Below, one piece after another: positions 52,006 through 64,000 of a stretch of 64,000 nt of DNA. Origin of the DNA: the human T2T-CHM13v2.0 reference genome, Homo sapiens; assembly GCF_009914755.1 (NCBI RefSeq), contig NC_060937.1; one strand, 5' to 3'. Position 1 is the first letter of the stretch, and each line of letters begins with the position of its first letter. A model generated the notes under the pieces. That model was not told the origin of the DNA. It ran no database searches and saw nothing but the letters and a program-made list of their open reading frames with translations. Both the position numbers and the translations under genes were made by a program.

Positions 52006-53342
52006 CATTGCAATTATCTCCTTATTATGGCTTGTCTTTTCATACTCTAAATGGTGTCTTTAGATGAAGAAAAGTTTTCAACTCATTAGTCTTCTCCTTT
52101 ATGATTAGTGCTTTTTGTATCCTGTTAGAAAATGTTTGCTTTGCTTATCTTATGGAACACATTCTTCCATATTGAAAGCTTTATTATTTTATCTTTCACA
52201 ATGAAGTCACTCTTTAATCTACCTGAAATTGACTAACAGATTTTTAAGTATGATGTATATATGAGTTAAGTCTCTGTTGAAGATTACTTTGGAGTGTAGG
52301 ATATTTGAAGGTAAAAATCCTTAATATCCCATAGAGAAAGACTATGCCTACAGATACCAAAGCATCTGTTCAATTTAGGGCAAAAAATCTATTAATTTGA
52401 TGGTTTCATATCATGTTGACCAACTAAATGAATGATATTCTAACATTTTGACTAAAATGGTTCAATTGCCAGTTTGGTTTTTGTCTTGTGTAAACACAGC
52501 AAAGGGACTAAACATAAAACTCTACTTGGAAAACAGTGATCTTGAAACTGGCTTCTGGCCCAGACATAATTACTCCCAAGATACACCTGTTAACAAACTT
52601 GGGCTTGATTTCCTTAGTCACCTCTTATTATGATTATAAATTAATCATTTTCCTGGCAGGGGGCTGAATCGAGTCTGCTAAGTTTCCTCTGGCTTTCGTA
52701 TCCAGTGACTATATCTTTCTCTGCTATTCCAGGCAAATCAGCTGATTAATATGAAATTAAAACATAAGTAGGTTTAAAATTGCCACAGGCCACAATGGAT
52801 AATGTTAGGTTTTGTGAAGGGGGCAAGATTATTTTTTAAGGTCCTTTTAGCTGTAAGAGTTTATATGTATATGTGTATGCATATGTAAACATACACTTAT
52901 AAATAGATATACAGAGATACACAAATTTTTATGTGTACATTTATATATAAAACTATAAATTGTAAGAATTATTTATTAGCAATTATAGAGATTTCTGTGA
53001 ATCATATTGCTTTATTTATTCAATCTTAAATCTTACCATTACTAATGTAACCTAACATTTCATAAAATTAATAAAGTAACCATCTATAATTCTATCACTC
53101 AGATATTACCAATTTTATTACTTTGGGGATATTTTAGATTTTGTGAAGGAGGAAAGATTATTTTTTAAGGCCCTTTTAGCTGTAAGAGTTTATATGTATA
53201 TGTACGCATATATAAACACACATTTATAAATAGATATACATATCTATACACAGCAGTTAGAAATCCCATGGACAGAGCAAGCAATAGTGTCTTCAGGCAT
53301 ATGCCCCAATCAAAGTCGTGGGTGGAGGTGACAGCACTTAGC

Positions 53343-53586
53343 CTGAGCAGCTTCTTGTTTGGGCAACTCAGGCATCAGCTCAGTAGCAATGGGGATTTAT
53401 TTAGTCAACGGCTCTCAAGGCTTCTCCTGAGAGCCTCTGAGCTCAGCAAAGGGCTGTTTAGTTGTAGAATTGTTGGATTCATTAAGATATCATTAAGAGT
53501 TTACATTTTAAGTCTTACTAGCTCCCTCTCATGACTGAATTGTCCTGACAGCATTCTCAATACCAGTTATTTTAAAAAGTAAGAAT
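53343..53586 (-). pseudogene. Weak candidate decayed exon D (...IATELMPELPKQEAAQ)
   Basis: Unique block; weak acceptor atatttaag|A and damaged donor CAG|gctaagt; 244 nt bridges the phases of exons C and E. Confidence 0.25.
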
Positions 53587-54119
53587 CTTAAATATTTGGG
53601 AATAGACTTGGCCTCCCTCTCTCCATCCCATTTCCCTAACATTTTATTCTTGGTCATGAAGTAGCCAGCTCAGATAATAGGGGGCACGGTTTCCTGGGAA
53701 GAAAGTTAGGTGGGATGTCCCTTACTTGTCTTACACTGTCTGTGTCTTGTTTTGTCCATTATTAGGCTTGAAATTTATGTGGGAGTGTTGACAACCATCT
53801 CAGGCTGGTAGTATGATGGAAACAAAGAAGGTATACTTTAAAAAGCTAAAGCAACCCTTTCTTCTCATCAGGACTTTGTTATGTAGCTCTGAAAACAAAA
53901 GTGACTTCCATGTTTCCTTAACTTTTTGGGTAGTCATTTATTGGTTATGTATAATAATATATATTTAAATGTTGATCCAGTGTTTAGCACTTTTCAGCTT
54001 TCCACCTTACCCCTATACCTTTAGCTTCTCTGCACTCTCTAACCTCACCTGGGTCACTCAGAAGCAGGCCTGCTTCTTAGACCTGGTCCATTTCCCCCTT
54101 AGGTAGTAAATCTGCAGTG

Positions 54120-55400
54120 TGGACTTACCTCTTATGGATGTATTTTCTCCTAAGATTCATTTGACTGAAATATCTTTATTTCACCTTAGTCTTAAAAGAT
54201 ATTTTAATGAGTATAAAATTCCACTTGCAAGTTATTTTCTTTACATGTATTGAAGATATCACTCCACAAACCTCTGTATTCTATTATTTATGTTGAGAAA
54301 TCAACTGTCAGTGTTACTGTAGTTTCTTTGAAGGTAATCTATCTTTATTCTCTGTCTGCATTTAAGATTTTCTCTTTGTCTTTGATTTTCTGCAGTTTCT
54401 CCATAATGCATCTAGGTGTAGATTTCTTTTTATATATCTTGCTTTGGATTCATTGGGTTTGTGGGATCTGTGCACTGGTGCCGTTTGTCATCTTTGGAAA
54501 ACTCTTAGCTATCATCTCTTTAAATATTGGCTTAGTCTCATTTATTCTATCCTTTTCTCCTGGGGCTTTGATTACAAAGATCTTACATGTTATTGTTCTG
54601 CCCCATATCATGAATGCTCCTTTAGGTAACTTCAAGTGTTTCTTCTCTCTATGACTTCAGTTTTGATATTTCTTTTGACCTATTCATCAATTTTGCCTTC
54701 ACTGTCTAATCTGCCATTAGTGGCTCTTCAAATATAGCTTCTGTCCCATTCAATTTTTTTTCTTTCTTGAATTCTGGTTCTATACATTTAAAATGTTCTC
54801 ACTTTATCTTCTGACTCTTATTCTCTCTTCTCTATTACCCCTAGTTTTGTTTTTTGTGTGTATTTAATTTATTCTAACTTATCTTCCAGTTTAGGAATTC
54901 TCTCTTTTAGGGTGTCTAATTTGCTGGTAAAGCCATCTTTTAAAAAGAAAAAAAAACAAACTCGGTTAATTTCTTTTTAATTTATAAAACTTTTATCTGA
55001 TTATTTTTCAAACATGCAATGTTGCATTTTTAAAAATGGTTTTGTGTTTCTGCAAATATATTTAAGCTTATTGAGTGTTTCTTTATACATAGCCCAGTTG
55101 TTTTACAGTCTGTGTCTAACAGTCCCAATATATGAAGTATTTTAGGGTATTTTGCTGTTTTCTATTTTTCTGGTTTTACTCATGAAGACTAATTTCATTG
55201 GGTGTTTGGTTGTATCTTTGGCTGTGTGCTACAATGCATATGGAAAGTTATTTGCAGAAATTAGTTGAGCATATAGTGGAGGTACTTCCCTCTAGAAAGT
55301 GTTTAATTTTGCTTCTCCAAGGCACTTGTGGTCCCTATAATTCTATAATTGCCTTAAACAAAATTCCAGGCTTTACATTACCTGTGTAACCAAATAATTC
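54120..55400 (-). mobile_element. Old L1 (L1ME-like) ORF1-region fragment
   Basis: Minus ORF 54450..54635 IFKEMIAKSFPKM resembles L1 ORF1p IIxENFPNL. Confidence 0.75.
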
Positions 55401-55815
55401 AAAACTAGCAGGAAACTCCCCTTGAGCTTTACTACTTTGGTTTGCCCACACCTTTGAGTACATTACTTGGAATCTCAGCAGTTATTTTTTGAGGGGTGTG
55501 TGATAAGGGGTGCAGGGAGTTGGACTGCAGAGCATTTCTTATAGCATGCTCCATCTTGTACAGGCCATTGGATTTCTGTCTAGTCTCTGTCCACTGAGAA
55601 GGCCATCAAAGATTATAATAAATTGGGATTGCCAAACTCTCAAAACAAAAGTGACTTCCATGTTTCCTTAACTTTTTGGGTAGTCATTTATTTGTTATGT
55701 GTAATAATATATATTTAAATGTTGATCTACTTTTTAGCACTTTTCAGCAGCTTATGCAAGTAGCAGAATGCTCTGTGAAATACGTTCTTTCCCATGATGT
55801 TAAATTAAAAACTTG

Positions 55816-56118
55816 GGCTGGGTATGGTGGCTCACACCACCTATAATCCTAGTGCTTTGTATTCCTAGCACTTTGGGAGGCTGAGGTGGTTGGATCACCT
55901 GAGTTCAAGACCAGCCTGGCCAACATGATGAAACCCCGTCTCTACAAAAATACAAAAATTAGCTGGGTGTGGTGATGCACACCTGTAATCCCAGCTACTC
56001 AAGAGGCTGAGTCAGGAGAATCGCTAGAACCTGGGAGGCAGAGGAGGTTGCAGTGAACCAAGATTGCACCACTGCACTCCAGCCTGGGCGACAGAGTGAG
56101 ACTCCATCTCAAAAAAAA
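55816..56118 (+). mobile_element. AluS-type element with small internal rearrangements
   Basis: Alu dimer; TSD TAAAAACTTGG-like on both sides. Confidence 0.92.
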
Positions 56119-56982
56119 GGGAAAATTAAAAAATAAAAACTTGGATATATTTTGGGATACAATTTATATGTGCAATAATTCTAAAAACACAATAAAATGT
56201 TTAAAATACAGTTTCTGCTTGTCGTGGATCACCTGATACTCCACCTGTGGCAGCCTCTGCTTCCTTTCCCGACAACCCTCATGCTCCCCAACATACACAC
56301 AGATGCATAGAAACACCTTTTTTTGTTACTGTTTTTCTGTAGGAAAATAAATGAAGACAACTTTCCTATTTTATTTATATTACATCTCTTGGATCTATTC
56401 TTTTTGCTTTTAAATTTTTTATAGTCATTACTTGTGGGTTTTTTTTTTTTCTCACTCTGAGCTATGGAGAATTTCACAAGCTGTTTATCTAATTTCTTGA
56501 TTTACTATTCATTCTGTTCTTTAAGGCCTCCACTCTATTTGCCATTTTTAGTCCAACAGTTTCTCTCTGAAAGTATTCTTTCTTGTTCTCAAATTGTTCC
56601 TTTTTCATTTATATAATACCTTATGGAATCCATTGAGAATATAAATTACATTTTAAAAACAGTTTTCTGCTGAAGTCAGCTTGGTGCGTGATCTGTCTCT
56701 TCACAGAACGTTTCCTCCGATAATTCAGATGCATCACTTTTTTTGAACTACGGAATTTTTTTCTTGTATAATATTTTTCTTTGTTTTGTTATTCTTTTAG
56801 ATGTTTGTGTGCATCCAATATGTGGAGCTCAAATAAGTTGTCTTGAAAAAATATATAGAGAGAAAGAGAAATAATATATTTTTATATTCAAATCTTTTCA
56901 TCCTTAAAAAGGAAGGAAAAACTTCTCTCTCTCTCTCTTTCTCTCTCATATCTATTCTTTGCCCAGGTAAGACTTTATCTAC

Positions 56983-57371
56983 CTGTGGAAGTAGGAAGAG
57001 AGTTGTTCTGCAGAGAGTTCCACTGCTTACCAAGTTTTCTCCTCTGTTTGCCACTGCACTGCCTTCATTAGGAGCCCCTGTGACTCAAGGAGCTCTTGCT
57101 GCAACTTCCTGATCGCTGAAGTTACGAAAACCAGTTCTCTTCTCAAGGCTACCAAAGCAGTTTCTGGGCATGCTGAACATTTCTGTTAATGTCTCACAAA
57201 GCCCACTGCTAAAGAATATTTCCCCTTCTTACCTCACAGATATTCCCGTAAAGAGCCGTCCCTCCCGCCTGTTCTCTGGGAAGCCCAGCGTAATCTCTTC
57301 CCGTATTTAGGCTTTCACAAAAGGCAGGAAGAAGAGCCTAGGGCTTTTGCGTTCCGCTCTTCAACAATTCC
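56983..57371 (-). pseudogene. Candidate decayed coding exon C (GIVEERNAKALG...ETALVALRRELVFVTSAIRKLQQELLESQGLLMKAVQWQ...)
   Basis: Acceptor cttaatattttcttgcccag|GGA; donors at 57233 (GAG|gtaaga), about 57033 (TTG|gtaagc) or 56983 (CAG|gtagat); unique, CpG-retaining, helical-looking peptide. Confidence 0.5.
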
Positions 57372-57967
57372 CTGGGCAAGAAAATATTAAGGGCTTTCCT
57401 ATGTGCTTGAAATTGGAGAATTAAAAGATAAAGAGAGCAAAATACAGCTTAGCTCAAGAATGGCAAATTGCTGTAAGGTATCTGGTTATCAAAATATAGA
57501 AGTCACATTTAAGTACATATTCCTTGAAAGAAAAAAGGAAGTAAGAACAGAAACAAAAAGAATAGAAGTTACTTTTTCATTTCTTCAGGAAGCTGTTTGA
57601 CCAGTATTGGGACTGGTGACGGTTTTATTTCTCCTATTTGAAAAAATCAAAGCAAAAGAGCACATAGTTATTTTTAAATGTATGTTCTGAGTATGATGAA
57701 GAAAATGCTTTCACCAAATGTACCAAGTTTATTTATCATCAGTTGATGACATGGGATTGATGTCATCAGCAACTCTTAGGTGGTCTAGAATATGAGTTTT
57801 GATTACTGCCATGAGTGTCTAAGTTTTGATAAAATGTTAATAAAAGCTATACTTTGGGTCATTTCCATAGGAACTTGGGAAAATTCAAAGTGAAACAGTG
57901 AATCAAATTTTTAATGTGGTTTTGCTATCACCATTAAAAGCTGTAGGAGATAAAGAAACCAATACAT

Positions 57968-58344
<377 letters not shown>

Positions 58345-58493
58345 TCACTTCAAATTGAAGTTAATAAGAGATCTCCCCAAACAATTATTTGGGTATTTGT
58401 ATAAATAGTCTAGGATGAAGCTTTAATCTTAACATCATGGTCAAATCTAACACTACCCATCCCTGAGACACAACAGGAGGAGGTAAAGCTAAC

Positions 58494-58736
58494 CTTCACC
58501 AAGTGCATCTATGCAGCTATGGTTAGCCTTCTTACATGGCTTTACCAAGTAAGGTGGGAAAATCACTGAGATAGTAGGCCACCAGGTTATTTTCAAGTGG
58601 TAGCAGGCCGTTTTGGGATGGTTGTATCTATTTTGAAAGTATGTAGAAACTTAGTTTACCACATGGACAATTGGTAATTGCCAATTCAACCTTGCAGATC
58701 TGAGAAATTTTGATTATATACCACAACTGCTAGTAC
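58494..58736 (-). pseudogene. Candidate decayed exon B (243 nt; VLAVVVYNQNFSDLQG*IGNYQLSMW*...)
   Basis: Acceptor cctctttgccgtatatcag|GTA; donor AAG|gttagc; length divisible by 3; several stops. Confidence 0.4.
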
Positions 58737-59106
58737 CTGATATACGGCAAAGAGGATATATGTATCTGAAATACTAGGTCCTCAGTCCCAATATGGAACT
58801 GTTAAAATTGTGACTAAGTATAGCATTTAAATCACTATTAACATCACCAGCTTCATTATTAGAAAATTTAATGCAGTAATATGAAAATTTCAGTGAATAA
58901 TAATAATAGCTTGTATTTACCAAACGCTTTATATGAGCTGAACATTGTGGTAAGTATTTCACATTTTTTTGTTCTGATTTAAGCTTCCTGACAACTTTAT
59001 GACCTATTTTGCATAATAGGAAACTGAGGCTTAAAGAGGTTACGTAAGTTACAGGTGTCAAAGCAGGGTTTTGAATCTACATTTCTCAAATGCTAAAGTT
59101 GGCATC

Positions 59107-59517
59107 TGTATTAGTCAGTTCTCACACTGCTACAAAGAAATAACCTGAGCAGGGTAATTTATAAGAAAAGAGGTTTCATTGGCTCACAGTTCTGCAGGCC
59201 GTACAGGGAGCATGGCGGCATCTGCTTCTGGGGAGGTCTCAGGGAGCTTTTTTACTTATGGCAGAAGGCAAAGTGGGAGCAGGCATCTTACATGGTGGGA
59301 GCAGGAGGAAGCAAGTGAGTGGGGAGGTGCCACACACTTTTAAACCATCATATCTCATGAGAACTCACCATTGTGATAACAGCACCAAGGGGGATGATGT
59401 TAAACCATGAGAAACCACCCCCATGATCCAGTAACCTCCCACCAGGCCCCAACTCCAGCCCTGGGGATTACAATTGAACATGAGATTTGGGTGAGGACAC
59501 AGAATCAAATCACGACA
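59107..59517 (-). mobile_element. MSTB-type MaLR solo LTR
   Basis: TGTATTAGTCAG...ACA termini with exact 5-bp TSD GCATC. Confidence 0.9.
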
Positions 59518-60044
59518 GCATCCTTTTCATTAAACCAGGTTACTTCATGCATAGACTTTCTATTAAAAGATCCCTTTTGCTGCAGTTTATTTACATTTGA
59601 GGCTTTGATTATCTAAACTTGGAGTGGATCTTTAAAAAGGGTAAAAAGTTGTGTATAAGACTTTTTCAAACATCGTAATCTGTCATATCTACCCTTAAAT
59701 AAGAATGAGTTATAGTCAAAGTATGTGTAAGGAAAATATTGAACATGTTTTACTTTAAAGTATATAATGAATCTGTAATAACTTTGAACATATGAATAAG
59801 GATTGATGGATGCTTTGAGTTTTAAGTGTTGACAAACTTATCTTTGGAGCAAAATAACTGATTCAATAATATTTACTTTCTAATAACTCTAACCATGCTT
59901 TTGGAGAAAATAAATAAAGATATGCTTCTACTGTGATGCAACAGCTGTGGAGAAGAGAAACTGTTGGGGATCAAGTGATGTAGTAGAACAAGATTATACA
60001 GCCTTGTGAGACCCGATTACTAAATTTTCAAAAATTTTATTGCA

Positions 60045-60630
60045 CATTCTCACTCATATGTGGGAGCTAAAAAAGTTGATCTCATAAACTAGAATGATGG
60101 CTACAAGAGGCTGGGAAGGGTAGGGAGGAGGAGGATGAAGAGAGGTTGGTTAATGGATACAAAGATACAGTTAGAAAGAAGGAATAAGTTCTAGTGTTCT
60201 GTAGCACAGTAGGATGATATAGTTGACAATAATTTATTGTATATTTCAAAATAGCTAGAAGAGAAGATTTTGAACGTTTCCAACACAAAGAAATGATAAA
60301 TGTGTAAAGTAATGGATGACTTAATTACTCTGACTTGATCATTACACACTGAATGCATGCATCAAAATATCACATGTATACCATAAATGTTTCTAACTAT
60401 GTATTGATAAAAAAATAAAAATAGGCCCGTTGGGGCATAGTGGCAAGGGGAAGGAGAGCATTAGGACAAATACCTAATGCATACAGGGCTTAAAACCTAG
60501 ATGATGGGTTAATAGGTACAGCAAACTACCATGGCACATGTATACCTATTTAACAAACCTGCACATTCTGCACATGTATCTGAGAACTTAAAGTAAAATA
60601 ATTATAATAATAATAATAATAATAAATAAA
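60045..60630 (+). mobile_element. Tandem L1 3' ends (L1M 60045-60420, then L1PA 60425-60630)
   Basis: Two successive L1 3'UTR signatures, each with an A-rich tail. Confidence 0.85.
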
Positions 60631-60644
60631 AAATTTCAAGAATT

Positions 60645-61882
60645 TTGTAAGCAAGTTGTTAAACACAGCCTTTATTTGTTTATTTATTTATTTAGATAGG
60701 GTCTTGCTCTGTCACCCAGGCTGGAGTGCAGTGTCATGATCTCAGAAATGCAGTCATTATTAAAAGTAAATTATATAGTGTTACAATTAAATTACATAGT
60801 CTTGCAATTAAATTACATTAAAAACACAGGTGATAAATACACGAGGTTACTTCCTAATTATTTTATTACATTGTAGTATCATCTATGCTCTTGCAGTTCT
60901 TTCTATTGCATATGAATGGTGGAAATATCACATGAGACCGTGCTACTGCACGTCTTCCCAACTCACATCAGCCTGGCATTGGCCATGGTGGGAGTATTTA
61001 CACCACACAAACTGACAAACCCTACAAATCAAGGCTGGATTTATAGTTTTTTTGATTATCTAGACAAGGCTTGGCGAACCAAAATCAGTGGGCCAAATTG
61101 AGCCTATGGTCTTTTTCTCTAAAGTTTTATTAAAGAACAACCATGCCCACTTGTTTCTGTTTTGTCTGTGGCTGCTGTTGGACTACAATGGCTGAGCTGG
61201 GTAGTGGCGAGAGAAACTATGTGGCCCACAAATCCTAAAATATTTTATATTTGTCTCTTTACAGAAAACATTTGCCAATCTCTCAACTAGACTTAAAATA
61301 CTGATGGAAAAACATGTTAATAATACAGGTTAAACATAAGAAAAGGGGTCATGTGGATTGCCATTACACTGTCACTAGCATACAACATTGGGAAAATATT
61401 CTGACGGTATTCAAAAACTATTAACTAATTCAGCAAAACAGTTGTTCATGTAATTCACAAGTGAGTAAAAATCTAATATATGTAGTGCCGAAGTTGAAAG
61501 AAGTTTCAGTTTAATGAATATAATTTGTTTGAAGGTGACAAATAGTTTAACGGCAGACCATATATCAGATATAATGATGATAAATGTGTTAGAAAAAGAG
61601 CTGGCAAATTGGGATGCAACTCTATGTGTCAAATCATGGTTGAATTGCAATAGTAGTTTGGCCGTAGATGCAAGAATTTGGCAAAAATCAATGAAAGCAT
61701 TCTGCAAAAGACAACTCGCTGTATAAATTTATTATAAAAATATTGTACATTTTATTATTACTTGTGAATTGTGTGCTGCATATTCTTGATATCAGTAAAA
61801 TTAATAAATATATGTACTTAATACATATGCATATAATTTTTCCAAGAGAACCAGTTGTTTAACATTTACCAGCATACCACCA
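60645..61882 (+). mobile_element. MER63-like hAT element with a transposase remnant; nested Alu fragment (about 60670-60745) and MER58A-like MITE (about 61065-61285)
   Basis: End CCAGTTGTTTAACATTTACCAGCATACCAC; peptide [13 protein letters not shown]...HISDIMMIN resembles the hAT C-terminal dimerisation motif. Confidence 0.7.
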
Positions 61883-63115
61883 ATCAGGCTTCAATAAGTA
61901 TCTAACTGGTGCTTGCCTCAGTGATGTCAGGAGACCCAATTTGTCCCTAAAGATTTTTTCTACAGGCAAACCAAGCAAATAAAAGTTGGATAGTGGACAG
62001 TAGTCAAATCAGACAGGACACTTGATAATCCTTGGTCACCATAAAGTGATAAGCATCATACCTCTCACAGCTACATCCAACCCAAAGGAGTATCTGGTAC
62101 AATTAATTACCTTGAGGCCAGAGATAAAGAAAGTTGACAGTCAGGTGGTTGGTACCTGTGTTGATCAGGAAGTGAAAAATGCTATGGATTACAAACAACT
62201 GTAGAAGCTCAGTGACTCAAATAGTTTTATTTCTTGCTCACCTCACAGTCCAATGTGGTTTAATGAATTGGGGGTAGAGGCTCTGCTCCACACTCACGCA
62301 GGGACCCAGTGGCTCACTATCCCAGGGGTCATGAGTCCTCATGGGATGTCCTGTGTCAGGTTAACCCACAAGGAGTGTATGGCGGTTTGAGTGGGCGGTT
62401 TTAGGCACTAGATCTGGGAGTTACATGTAACACTTCCAGTTCATATCTCATTAGTCAGAATCCAGTTGGCAGTGGGGACTGGAAAAAGGTAATCTTCCCA
62501 CTTTCCCAGGAAGAAAACGAAACAAGAATTTGTGAACATACGGCACTGCCTCTGCCACTACTTCCCTTTTTCTACTTTGCCTAGCAAGCTCCAATAAACA
62601 GGACATTTTCCCTTCCAAATATGCCAATGAGGATCCTTGATTTAGTCGAACTGTGTGGTAAACTTGAAATGACTTGGATAAACTAATCAACAGTCATCTG
62701 TTGCAGACATGCAGGTTTTGGGATGGTCCCCAGATTTTCCAGTATATGCATGTTGCTGGGAGATTGTGGGAGGAATAAGATGTGAGGTCAAAAGGACATT
62801 CTTGCTTTTATGTAATTGTTTTTCTACTTAAAGTTTTACAAAATAGTTACTCAAAGTACTTGCCCAGTTAGTGCATATATCTTTAGGTCAGTGTGTTCCT
62901 TTATGTTCTCGCAATCTCTTGATGTTTTTTAAGCTTTATATTTATGTAAGGGTGGGTGGGGGATAAAAAGAGATATTAGAAGTAGATAAAGCATAGAGAA
63001 TACTAAGGAGAGGTCCAGGAACAGACCTGCATCCTGAAGAACATAATTATGTTGTTACATTTGCAAAATGCAAAGACAAGTATTCAAGAACGTGAACTAA
63101 GGGTAAAGTGCTCGC

Positions 63116-63770
63116 CTGTGTGTATTGTATGTCTGGGTGTGTGTTGGTGGGTGTGTGAGTGACTTGCTGAACTCTATTTCTGTAAAACTTAAAGTAGAAA
63201 AAGTATGATTCTAAGGGCAGCATAGTAGGAATGAGCTCCTGGAACAGCATCAAGCAAACAGGCGACCTTCCTCTTCCCAACCTGGGTGCCAATGGTGACA
63301 TATATGTGAGGGAGGTGCCTCCACATGCCTCTTCCCATCTGCTTCCTAGGTTTTTTTAACAGAATGGAAATTCTGAGAGTCACAGCAAAGCCAGAGCCAC
63401 TGCTGTCAGTTGGCCCAAGGACACCTGCCCTCACGGTGTTTGGCACAACCCAAGTCACCTACACTTTAATAAGGTCAGCAATCCAGGCCCGTCCGCTGCA
63501 GGAACTGCACGTGCATTAGAAGGCTGTTGTTCCCAGGTGTCTCTCCTTAGGAGAGCAAAGAAGCCATGAAACAGAGAAATTTGAGGACCCAGAAAGTGAA
63601 GCATAAGGACTGTTTAGCATCTGATGGGGGCCCTCTTTAGACCCTTGTTTCTGTGGAAAGTCTCCCACCTGTGTAGTTCTTGCCTGCATCTCTCTTCTGG
63701 GTCTCTCCTGGCGTAATTTTACCATCTGTCATAGGGAGTATTCTGGGAGAGGCCTTCCTATTCTTGTAAC
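63116..63770 (-). pseudogene. Candidate decayed coding exon A (ends LMLFQELIPTMLPLESYFFYFKFYRNRVQQVTHTPTNTHPDIQYTQ)
   Basis: Very strong acceptor ttccccttcccccacattcatctgtcattcctctgcag|G; GC-type or mutated donor CAG|gcgagc; unique GC-elevated block. Confidence 0.5.
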
Positions 63771-64000
63771 CTGCAGAGGAATGACAGATGAATGTGGGGG
63801 AAGGGGAAGCACATGTCCTCCTCTCTGAGTGGGCTTGTGTGACTTCAAGTCAAGCAGAGCTATAATTGCAAATGAGCTTTTGAAAGGAATATACTCTCAA
63901 ATGTCAAGGGTTGCATCTTCCTTAACTGTCTTTCTGTTTGCCGTCTATCTTTTTTTCCTGAAATTTGTTTTTGATAAAGGGGAGAATCTTACTCCCCAAA

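Overview
Human (primate) genomic DNA, AT-rich and dominated by interspersed repeats. An AluYa5 carrying all five diagnostic changes points to human. Repeats include about 17 Alus, several L1s, MaLR/ERV1 solo LTRs, hAT and Tigger DNA-transposon fossils and a U13 snoRNA retrocopy. I recognise no intact named protein-coding gene; most ORF-track entries are Alu/L1-derived. Three signals go beyond repeats. (1) Repeat-free, splice-site-bounded blocks on the minus strand (about 63.8 to 48.0 kb) look like exons of an old decayed multi-exon gene of unidentified family. (2) Two plus-strand exon candidates (19390-19542, 44066-44256) splice in frame into a stop-free 106-aa basic ORF. (3) A near-full-length L1PA4-like element has a 5'UTR deletion that matches a splice junction. 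Repeat family names come from my recall of consensus sequences and many boundaries are approximate.
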